DNA from: an uncultured Bacteroidota bacterium
GTDB taxonomy: Bacteria; Bacteroidota; Ignavibacteria; UBA10030; UBA6906
DNA: 64,000 nucleotides
Direction of reading: 5' to 3'
Assembly: GCA_963700635.1 (NCBI GenBank)
Contig: CAVOYH010000004.1
Coordinates: 768,001-832,000, forward strand
The number at the start of each line of letters is the position of its first letter. The first letter of the stretch is position 1. A program made the translations under genes and the position numbers. The notes below the pieces were generated by a model. It searched no databases and was not told where the DNA came from. It saw nothing but the letters and a program-made list of their open reading frames with translations. This document shows positions 21,126 to 29,099 of the stretch, piece by piece.

Positions 21126-21204
21126 TAATAAAAGAGTAGACACTACGCATAAAGGAGAGACCGCCTTTTGAGCTTCTCATAACTTTCTGCATAGTGCCTA
21201 CTCT
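21126..21204 (-). terminator. long hairpin terminator downstream of the repeat-peptide gene
   Basis: Minus strand AGAGTAGGCACTATGCAGAAAG ... CTTTATGCGTAGTGTCTACTCT forms a 22-bp stem with two G-U pairs and one mismatch, followed by TTTATT. Confidence 0.75.
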
Positions 21205-21247
21205 ATGCCACTCACACCACCAAACAACGACCCGCCAGATAGTAGAA

Positions 21248-21508
21248 TTACGGGCGCGGCGAATCGGGGATTACTGGTACGCCGGAAGTGCGTGGGCGCG
21301 GGGAATCCGGAATCACGGGAACACCGCTCGTCCGCTCTCCAACCACCGGGCGCGGGGAATCGGGAATCACAGGCACTCCGCTGGTCCTTGGACGCGGGGA
21401 ATCGGGAATCACAGGGACTCCACTGGCAAACGCTATGGCTGCGTTTGTAGCGGCTACCGCCACTACTGTGATTACCAGTGAACGAAACCGACGAGCGGTC
21501 TTTGACAT
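21248..21508 (-). CDS. 86-aa secreted precursor with signal peptide and four SGVPVIPDSPRP repeats
   Basis: GGAGGAG RBS just before the ATG; MSKTARRFRS-LVITVVAVAATNAA-IAFA signal peptide; four aa-identical cores differing only by synonymous changes. Confidence 0.9.
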   Translation of the reverse strand: MSKTARRFRSLVITVVAVAATNAAIAFASGVPVIPDSPRPRTSGVPVIPDSPRPVVGERTSGVPVIPDSPRPRTSGVPVIPDSPRP

Positions 21509-21794
21509 AACTCCTCCGTGAAAGAGAAAAGTGACGCTTAGAAAAAAGGTTGATGTGAGTGGTCTTCGCATACCCAGACTCCGCCGCACAATGCGGATGT
21601 ACTCCACCTCAGTACAGGCCCCACCTCAAAATCGGGGACCCTCATAAGAGAGGTGCGTGACTCTGGTCTGTCAATGAAAAACAGGTTTGATGAGGTCAAC
21701 CGGTGAAGCAGGAATCAGAAAAGACACTCTCCCGAATGTCCTCCCCCCGGCTTGACTCATCTGGGGGTGTCTAATAACCTCCATCTGGGTGAGA

Positions 21795-21823
21795 AATATA
21801 GACAGGTCAATGTGCATTGTCAA
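21795..21823 (-). promoter_or_regulatory. sigma70-type promoter for the peptide gene
   Basis: TTGACA(21823-21818)-17 bp-TATATT(21800-21795) on the minus strand. Confidence 0.7.
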
Positions 21824-21884
21824 GTTTTTTTTACAGTTTCGCTTATTTTCTGCGTATAATCGAGGTCGTTTTGGGCGTTTTTTC

Positions 21885-21900
21885 TGGCACTAAGCTTGTT
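21885..21900 (+). promoter_or_regulatory. possible sigma54 -24/-12-like element
   Basis: TGGCAC-TAAGC-TTGTT; spacing is correct but the -12 is GT rather than GC. Confidence 0.3.
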
Positions 21901-21974
21901 ACCTGCCTAACCCTGCGATATCTGTGACCCAAAGCACAGCATTACGGTATTCAAAAAAATTTGCGGTTTTACTC

Positions 21975-22003
21975 TTGACAGGCACGAATCACCTGATTAT
22001 ATT
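21975..22003 (+). promoter_or_regulatory. sigma70-type promoter for the membrane protein/regulator operon
   Basis: TTGACA(21975-21980)-17 bp-TATATT(21998-22003). Confidence 0.75.
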
Positions 22004-22029
22004 GATCCACGTATTCTGACATATAGAAC

Positions 22030-23217
22030 ATGAACAGATTCTACATATCGGCTCGGAAGATCTTCTGGTTCTGGATCACCTTTGTGGCGATCTTCACCGG
22101 GGCGCTATGGTTCCTGCCGCATAGCAATTTGGCCCCGTCAGTTTTTACGAGTGTCGTCGCACAAGCGCTTCTCTTCCTGGTCGCTCTCGCTATTGTCCGG
22201 CATGAGAGCAACACTAAGAATAGATTCGTGTTTGCGAACTTTGCGCTTTTGTTCTCCGTTTCACTGGCTGCGGCTATCGCTCCCTTTATCGGACCAGGAT
22301 ACTCTCTTTTTACCGATTTACCTTATGCTCAATACTATTTTAACAATTACCTGCTGTTTGGCGCCTACGGCTTCCTTCTCGCGTTCGCAATAGTCTACCT
22401 CACCGTCGATGCGCTGTTCCGGGAATTTAAGACGGTCCAGAAATATCTCATCGCTTTCTCCATCGTGGGCATGTTCTTCGGACTCTATTTCCATGGCTTC
22501 CTCATCAACCCGAAGTACGCCTATACCACACAGGATGTCCTGGACTGGAAGACGATGGACAACGCTGCACGCATATATGAGGCGGAACACGGCGTAAAAC
22601 CCGATCCAGCCCAGCTTGCAGCCAGCACTGACATGTACGTCTGGAAGAACGGCTATTCGGTCGCTACGCTCCATCCCGATGCCAGAGATGCTCGCGTGGC
22701 TGAACTCTTTCCGTATCTGCACGACAAGAACTATAATGTGCTGCTCTCGAAACCCCTCATGTCCTACCTGATCTCAATGTCCGTGATCGGGATCGGCTTT
22801 ATCCTCCTTTTCTTCGGCTATCAGTACATGAAGGATCCGCCCCAGGGGGCGTATATCGAGAAGATGGTGTTCCTGTTCCTCCTCTTCTGCAGCATGGAAA
22901 TTCTCCATGGCTGGAGCGCCATCAACGTGCTCGAGTGGCAGTCGTTTTCTGAAATCGTGGGCGTCGGACAGTATGCTTCCGTCGGCGTCCTGCTCCTTAT
23001 CGCTGTTGTCTTCGGGCTCCGGCTCCGCTTTATCATGTCAGTCAAAGGGGAGTTCTACGAGCAGGAGCTCGAATCAAGTCCGACCGGCATTACCCGTTGG
23101 AGAGATGCGCTGGATACGATGGTTGTGGAAAGTTTCTTCAACCGAAAAGTCGTACACGGCCGCCTCTTTGCAACAACCGGCGGTAACAAGAACGATTCAA
23201 ATCCAACAACCAGGTAG
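22030..23217 (+). CDS. uncharacterised ~8-TM membrane protein with a large extracytoplasmic loop
   Basis: Eight hydrophobic segments; positive-inside loops (RHESNTKNR, REFKTVQK, RLR) put the ~85-aa loop after TM5 outside and the C-tail inside. Confidence 0.8.
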   Translation: MNRFYISARKIFWFWITFVAIFTGALWFLPHSNLAPSVFTSVVAQALLFLVALAIVRHESNTKNRFVFANFALLFSVSLAAAIAPFIGPGYSLFTDLPYAQYYFNNYLLFGAYGFLLAFAIVYLTVDALFREFKTVQKYLIAFSIVGMFFGLYFHGFLINPKYAYTTQDVLDWKTMDNAARIYEAEHGVKPDPAQLAASTDMYVWKNGYSVATLHPDARDARVAELFPYLHDKNYNVLLSKPLMSYLISMSVIGIGFILLFFGYQYMKDPPQGAYIEKMVFLFLLFCSMEILHGWSAINVLEWQSFSEIVGVGQYASVGVLLLIAVVFGLRLRFIMSVKGEFYEQELESSPTGITRWRDALDTMVVESFFNRKVVHGRLFATTGGNKNDSNPTTR

Positions 23218-23250
23218 GCGGAATACACCGCCCATACATGGGGAAGATAT

Positions 23251-24285
23251 ATGGATCCGAAAGAACATAAGAACAACGGCAACGACGGGGGGAAGGGGAA
23301 ACAGCAGTTTGAGTACCCTATCGTCGGAAAATCGCGCGCTGTTGACCAGCTTGTAAAACAGATCGCCGTCCTGGCGAAGTCACGCCGCGATATCGTGATT
23401 ATCGGCGAAGCCGGCATCGGCAAGGGCGCCGTGGCCAAGAATATCTATATCAACGGCAAGAATATCGGCCACGACGGACCGTTTATGTCCATCAACCTTT
23501 CGGTCGTGGATGACCGCGAACTGGAACTCCTGCTCTTCGGACAGGACCGGAACGGCCAGGGCGTCGAGCCCGCCGATACCCAGTCCGTCTTCGAACAGGG
23601 ACACCGCGGCACACTCCTGATCGAGGACCTGGAAGAAGCCAGCTTCCGTAATCAGATGAAAGTCCTGACGTTCATGAACGAACGGAAGGCCCGGAAGAAC
23701 AGGGGAGAGTCTGGCGGACCTATTGACCTGCGCCTGATCCTGACCATGAAGGGCGAGCCGTCTGTGCTCGTGGACCAGCGTACACTGCTGGATGAGCTCT
23801 ACGCCAAGATCAAGGACTTCGAAAAGATTGACATCCCCCCGCTGCGCCAGCGGCAGGAGGATATCCCGCTCCTTATCAAACACTTCACTTCCGAAATCTG
23901 CCGCGACCTCGGCGTCGCTGACCTTACGATCGATATCAACGCCGTGGATGTGCTCGTGCGACAGCCCTGGCGCGAGAATGTCCGCGAACTCAAAACCGTG
24001 ATCGATAAGTGCGTGCTCTTCTCCACCGACGGCCGGTTTATGCTCCCGCCGGAACTGGTTGACGAGAAGACGGAAGTCGTGAAGATGATCAACAATATCA
24101 AAGCCGGCCAGGAGTTTGTGCTGGACCGCTCTCTGGACGTGATCGAGAAGGGCATTATCGAACGGTCACTGGAGAAGTTCGGATTTAATCAGTCCAAAGC
24201 GGCGCAGTTCCTGGGCATGACGGAACAGACGTTCCGCTACAAACTGAAACGGCTGGGAATCGCAAGCGCCCGCGCGCGCTCGTAG
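23251..24285 (+). CDS. atypical NtrC/sigma54-interacting-family regulator (AAA+ and Fis HTH, no sensor domain, no GAFTGA)
   Basis: IVGKS, GEAGIGK, ELLLFG, IPPLRQRQEDI, WRENVREL, NQSKAAQFLG HTH. Confidence 0.88.
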   Translation: MDPKEHKNNGNDGGKGKQQFEYPIVGKSRAVDQLVKQIAVLAKSRRDIVIIGEAGIGKGAVAKNIYINGKNIGHDGPFMSINLSVVDDRELELLLFGQDRNGQGVEPADTQSVFEQGHRGTLLIEDLEEASFRNQMKVLTFMNERKARKNRGESGGPIDLRLILTMKGEPSVLVDQRTLLDELYAKIKDFEKIDIPPLRQRQEDIPLLIKHFTSEICRDLGVADLTIDINAVDVLVRQPWRENVRELKTVIDKCVLFSTDGRFMLPPELVDEKTEVVKMINNIKAGQEFVLDRSLDVIEKGIIERSLEKFGFNQSKAAQFLGMTEQTFRYKLKRLGIASARARS

Positions 24286-24360
24286 ACCGGCTGATAGACG
24301 CAGGCGCAGCTTTACGGATGGCGCAAAGAGAGGTTACCCTTTCTTTGCGCCATTCGCGTT

Positions 24361-25466
24361 CTAACCCTGCACCCGGCCTTTCCAGATTACCTTGCTGCCT
24401 GTCAGGACAATCGGAGGGAACACCAGCACGTAGAAGAAGTAGTAGAGTTCGTAAAACAGGAAACACGGGCAACAACCCCCACCGCCTGAATCGCGCGATG
24501 ATCGGCAGGCTCAGCAGCAGATCGGCCCCCACCTTCAACCCCAACGCGACCAGCACACCCTCTGTATTCATAGCCAGCCCCACAAGAATCAACAGATGGA
24601 ACAACCAGGCGCCGGCAAAGATGAGAATACTCCTGGCATCCATCCCCTTACCTCCCGTAAACCAGCGCTTCCGCTGACGGAACAGGTCCCTCCAGGTGGG
24701 ACAGGGTTCACTCTCCACAACGGTCGCAAGGTCCATCGGAAAACGGGCTTCGTACTTCGTGCGGGAGGTGACGGCGTGAAACAACGCGTAGTCCTCTGTG
24801 ACACTGAACGGAATACCATCGTATCCGCCCGACTGCATCGTAGGCCGCACGGCGGACCGTAAAATTTGTGCCGACAGCCGTGACCGGGATACCCAGCCGC
24901 GTGGTGGCCGAAGCAACGGAAAACAACACAAACCAGTCCATCGTCTGGATTGCTTCAAAAAGGTTCTTATACCTGATAGCGGTAAAGCCCGGAACAAGCC
25001 CGATGGTCTCATCAGTATAGTACTTTACCGTTTCCTCCACCCAGGCCGGCGGCACGGCGCAGTCGGCATCGGTCATCAACAGGATCTCTCCCGTGGAGGC
25101 GGCAATCCCCTGTGCAACGGCGTTCGTTTTGCCCATCAGGTGGCCCGTACCGGGGGTGGCATGGACCGTCCGGATCACCGGAAAACGGCCTGCATAGTCT
25201 TCAATGATTGCCGGCGTGGCGTCCGTTGAGCGGTCGTTGATGACGATCACTTCGAGCAAGTCACGCGGATAGGTCAGGCGCGAGATCGCATCCAGGCAGT
25301 TCCCGATGTTGGCTTCTTCGTTCCGTGCGGCGATGATCACTGAAACTTTAGGCCGGTATTTTCTGTTTTGTGTGTAGCGAGCAAACAACGCAACAACCGC
25401 AAGGGAAACCATCCCTGCGGCGTACAGAGTGCCGAGAATCAGAAGCACGACGTCAAGCACGGACAC
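24361..25466 (-). CDS. GT2 family membrane glycosyltransferase (apparent frameshifts near 24835 and 24452)
   Basis: SVIIAARNEE, NDRSTD, TDADC, TED, RQRKRW motifs and a terminal VIWKGR spread over three frames. Confidence 0.82.
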
Positions 25467-25622
25467 CTTACCGTTATTGAGGACAAAGGGGTAAAAAAGA
25501 ATACTGAATTCCCGTTCTGGAAGCAAGGCGGGGATTTTGCACTTTCCCGATGTTTGTGTATATTAAGGACATCGTTTTCCTGTCACCGGCACTAAAAATC
25601 CACAAATTCTCAAGGAGGACCC

Positions 25623-25988
25623 ATGAAACTATCATCATTATTCGCCCTCGCGGCGATGCTCCTCATCTCCACGGTTGCCTTCGCGCAGGTCGTGGAAGTG
25701 GGCGAATTTGCTGCAACCCCGGGGAGCGAAGGCTACTCGCTGCAGGGCGGAAAAGGCGAACGTACATTTATCTCGGTTGTTGGATTCGAAAAATCCTACA
25801 GCACCCCACCCCAGGTGGTCGTGTCTCTGGCCGGCTATGATGCCACCGCCGGAACCGACAACACCATCCGGGTGCAGGTGAGCGCGACAAAAGTCACGAA
25901 GGCCGGATTCGTCCTGCGCGTAAAAACCTGGGGCGATGGGAAGGTTGGCTCTGTGTGGGGGAACTGGGTGGCCGTGGGTGTGAAGTAA
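25623..25988 (+). CDS. secreted H-type lectin domain protein
   Basis: Signal peptide (AFA); FEKSYSTPPQVVVSLAGYD...VTKAGFVLRVKTWGD...WVAVG matches the discoidin/HPA H-type lectin pattern; GGAGG RBS. Confidence 0.8.
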   Translation: MKLSSLFALAAMLLISTVAFAQVVEVGEFAATPGSEGYSLQGGKGERTFISVVGFEKSYSTPPQVVVSLAGYDATAGTDNTIRVQVSATKVTKAGFVLRVKTWGDGKVGSVWGNWVAVGVK

Positions 25989-26026
25989 CTGTTGCGCGTC
26001 TCGCGCATACTGCAATGAGCATCATT

Positions 26027-26067
26027 CGTGCGGGCTGCCAGTGAACCGGGAGCCCGCACGTTTTTTT
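26027..26067 (+). terminator. intrinsic terminator between the lectin gene and purF
   Basis: CGTGCGGGCT / AGCCCGCACG 10-bp stem followed by TTTTTTT. Confidence 0.75.
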
Positions 26068-26084
26068 CCACCGGAGATCCTTCC

Positions 26085-27575
26085 ATGAGCGACCCTGATC
26101 TGGATAAACCGCGCTGCCACTGCGCCGTGTTCGGCGTGTTCGGCCACCCTGCCGCCGCACAACTTGCCTATTACGGCCTGCTGGCACAACAACACCGCGG
26201 ACAGGAAGGCTCGGGAATCGTGACGTGCGAATTCGACGAAACCAAACAGAAACACCGGTTCCACGTTCATAAAGACTTCGGACTCGTCAATGACGTCTAC
26301 CTGGACGAGCGAATCCTGACCGATACGCTCCGCGGATCGTCAGCCATCGGACACAACCGCTATTCCACCGCAGGGTCAGCCAATAACAAAGCAAACATCC
26401 AGCCGTTTACCGTGATGTACAAGGCCGGCAACCTGGCGATCGCCCACAACGGCAACCTGACAAACTTCCGGGAGATCCGGCAACGGCTGCAGGATTCAGG
26501 CACGATCTTTCAGACCACCTCCGACACGGAAATACTCCTCCACCTGATCGCACGCAGCGATAAGAAAGACCAGCTGGAGCAGATCCGGGATGCAATTTCC
26601 CAGGTGAAGGGCGCCTTCTCACTGGTGATCCTCACCGATAACCGGCTTATCGCTGCACGGGACCACCACGGCTTCCGCCCGCTCGCTATCGGAAAAAAAG
26701 GCGGCGCGTTTTTTGTCGCCTCCGAAACTGTGGGGTTCGATATCATTGACGCCGAATACGTGCGCGATGTGGAGCCGGGGGAAATTGTGGTCTTTGACGA
26801 GGCTGCCCTCGCCGCCGGAAAACCGCATTCGATGCGGATCGACGATCAACCAGCAGAGCCGCACCACTGTATCTTTGAATTTATCTACTTCTCACGCCCC
26901 GACAGTCAGATCTTCGGACATAGCGTGGACAAGGTGCGCCGGAAACTCGGGAAAACCCTCGCCATCGCCAGACCGGTAACACCCAAGGCGGAAAATGAAA
27001 AACAGATCGTGATCAATGTGCCCGACTCCAGCAATACCGCGACGATGGGGTTCGTGCAACAAACCAATAAAATGGGCGGCACGGCTAAACTGGAAATCGG
27101 ATTGATCCGCAGCCACTACATCGGACGCACATTCATCCAGCCGCGGCAGGAAGTGCGGCAGAACAAGGTGAAGACGAAGTTTAACATCGTGAAGGGCGTC
27201 CTGAAAGACCGCGTGGTGGTGATCGTGGATGATTCTATCGTACGCGGGACAACGTCCAGACAGCTTGTGCAGCTTGTAAAACAGGCCGGGCCCAAAGAAG
27301 TACATTTCCGGGTGACCGCCCCGCCAATTATGTACCCGTGCCACTACGGCATGGACTTCCCGACGCAGACAGAACTGATTGCCCATGAAAAAGACGGCGA
27401 TATCGACGCCATCGCCCGACAGCTCGGCGTGGATAGTCTGGGTTATCTGACCATCGAGGAAATGTTGAGCGCCGCTCCACACGATGCGGGGGAGAACTAC
27501 TGCACCGCCTGCTTCAGCGGGAAATATCCGGTTGCCGTGGACACCCGCCAATCAAAAGAAGAACATGAGGCCTGA
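26085..27575 (+). CDS. purF: amidophosphoribosyltransferase
   Basis: Propeptide then CAVFG, QHRGQE, GHNRYST, HNGNL, VDDSIVRGTT, CTACFSG. Confidence 0.97.
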   Translation: MSDPDLDKPRCHCAVFGVFGHPAAAQLAYYGLLAQQHRGQEGSGIVTCEFDETKQKHRFHVHKDFGLVNDVYLDERILTDTLRGSSAIGHNRYSTAGSANNKANIQPFTVMYKAGNLAIAHNGNLTNFREIRQRLQDSGTIFQTTSDTEILLHLIARSDKKDQLEQIRDAISQVKGAFSLVILTDNRLIAARDHHGFRPLAIGKKGGAFFVASETVGFDIIDAEYVRDVEPGEIVVFDEAALAAGKPHSMRIDDQPAEPHHCIFEFIYFSRPDSQIFGHSVDKVRRKLGKTLAIARPVTPKAENEKQIVINVPDSSNTATMGFVQQTNKMGGTAKLEIGLIRSHYIGRTFIQPRQEVRQNKVKTKFNIVKGVLKDRVVVIVDDSIVRGTTSRQLVQLVKQAGPKEVHFRVTAPPIMYPCHYGMDFPTQTELIAHEKDGDIDAIARQLGVDSLGYLTIEEMLSAAPHDAGENYCTACFSGKYPVAVDTRQSKEEHEA

Positions 27576-27605
27576 CCGGCCCGTGCCGGTTACCTTCAGC
27601 CGCCT

Positions 27606-28148
27606 ATGAAACGTGACCTGTTCACGATCCCGAACCTCCTCAGCGCTGTGCGTATGTTCCTTGCCGTTCCGTTTGCGCTGGTGATGACCTCCGAGATTGC
27701 CGGTGCCCGATGGTGGGGCGTGGGAATTATACTGGCCGGGATGCTGACCGACAAGCTGGACGGGGATCTGGCCCGCTACCTCCACTGCGAATCGGAATGG
27801 GGAAGGATCCTTGACCCCCTGGCCGACAAGGTGGCCGTCGCGACCGTTTCGCTCGTGCTTCTCTGGCTCGGGGTGGTGCCACTCTGGTTTGTGCTCCTGT
27901 TGATCCTCCGCGACCTGCTTATTCTCGCGGGCGGACTGTACCTAAAAAAACGGACGGGAGAAATTCTCCCCTCCAATACCGCCGGAAAGATTGCCGTCGG
28001 GGTGATCGCCGCGACATTACTTCTGGCTCTGATCGACAATACCATGCTCATCGTGACCGTGGGGCTCTGGTTGAGCGTGGTCATGGTTCTGGTTTCTACG
28101 GCCGGCTATCTGGGCCGGTTTCGTGCCGTTTTGCGCGAGGGAAGGTAA
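27606..28148 (+). CDS. CDP-alcohol phosphatidyltransferase (PgsA-like)
   Basis: TIPNLLS and DKLDGDLAR...GRILDPLADK signature. Confidence 0.9.
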   Translation: MKRDLFTIPNLLSAVRMFLAVPFALVMTSEIAGARWWGVGIILAGMLTDKLDGDLARYLHCESEWGRILDPLADKVAVATVSLVLLWLGVVPLWFVLLLILRDLLILAGGLYLKKRTGEILPSNTAGKIAVGVIAATLLLALIDNTMLIVTVGLWLSVVMVLVSTAGYLGRFRAVLREGR

Positions 28149-28154
28149 TACCGT

Positions 28155-29099
28155 ATGGGTTTGCTGGATAAATTCGGCATCGGAAAACTGAAGCAGGGGC
28201 TGACCAAAACTCGCGAGGGTCTGGTGGGCACGGTGACCCGGATCCTGACGGGTGCGCCGGCTATCGACGAAAAACTTTTTGAACACCTCGAGGAATCCCT
28301 GATCGCCGGGGATGTGGGGGCCGGCACGGCGGGTCAGATTATCGAAGGGCTCCGCCGCCGCATCAAGGAAACCCCGCCCGAGTCTGCCGCCGGGATCCTC
28401 CCGCTCCTGCAACAGGAGATCGCCGACCAACTCCGGACAACGGAAGGGAAAGAGCCCGCCGCACCATTCTCACTCCCGGCTGAACGTCCGTATGTGATTC
28501 TGGTGGTCGGCATTAACGGCGTCGGAAAAACCACGACCATCGGCAAACTTGCACACCGCTACACTTCGAACGGCAACAAGGTCTTAATTGCCGCCGCGGA
28601 TACGTTCAGGGCCGCCGCCGGTGAACAGCTTGAAATATGGGCGAAGCGCGCGGGGGCGGACATCGTTCAACAGAAACAGGGCGCCGATCCGGCAGCCGTG
28701 GCGTTTGACGCAGTCAAAGCCGCCGTTTCCCGGAAAAGCGACGTGGTGATCATCGATACAGCCGGCCGTTTGCATACGCGCGTGAATCTGATGGAGGAGC
28801 TGAAAAAGATCGGCCGCGTGATCGGGAAACAATTTCCTGCGGCTCCGCATGAAGTGCTCCTGATCATCGATGCGTCAACCGGTCAGAACGGACTCCAGCA
28901 GGCGAAGCAGTTCGGCGCCGCCGTGGGCGTGACCGGCCTGGTACTGACAAAACTTGATGGCACCGCAAAAGGCGGCATCGTGCTGGCCATCACCCGCGAC
29001 ATGAAGATCCCCGTCCGCTATATCGGCGTCGGGGAAAAAGTGGACGACCTCCAGCCGTTCAGCCCGTCGGATTTTGTCGAGGCAATGTTCCAGGCATGA
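28155..29099 (+). CDS. ftsY: signal recognition particle receptor
   Basis: GINGVGKTTT, DTFRAAA, DTAGR, TKLDGTAKGG. Confidence 0.97.
   Translation: MGLLDKFGIGKLKQGLTKTREGLVGTVTRILTGAPAIDEKLFEHLEESLIAGDVGAGTAGQIIEGLRRRIKETPPESAAGILPLLQQEIADQLRTTEGKEPAAPFSLPAERPYVILVVGINGVGKTTTIGKLAHRYTSNGNKVLIAAADTFRAAAGEQLEIWAKRAGADIVQQKQGADPAAVAFDAVKAAVSRKSDVVIIDTAGRLHTRVNLMEELKKIGRVIGKQFPAAPHEVLLIIDASTGQNGLQQAKQFGAAVGVTGLVLTKLDGTAKGGIVLAITRDMKIPVRYIGVGEKVDDLQPFSPSDFVEAMFQA

Noticed and set aside
21248-21424. Repeats at 21.25-21.42 kb as a CRISPR array
   Set aside because: The units vary at codon third positions, spacers are only 6-18 nt and in frame, and no cas genes are present. It is a coding repeat.
21248-21508. 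Repeat peptide as a classical modified RiPP (microviridin, lasso, lanthipeptide)
   Set aside because: No ATP-grasp, YcaO, radical SAM, lanthionine synthetase or peptidase-ABC exporter gene is in the window, and the leader is a Sec-type signal peptide.
13963-22300. Lower-GC region as a mobile element
   Set aside because: No integrase, transposase, tRNA or flanking direct repeats were recognised. Only the compositional shift supports foreign origin.
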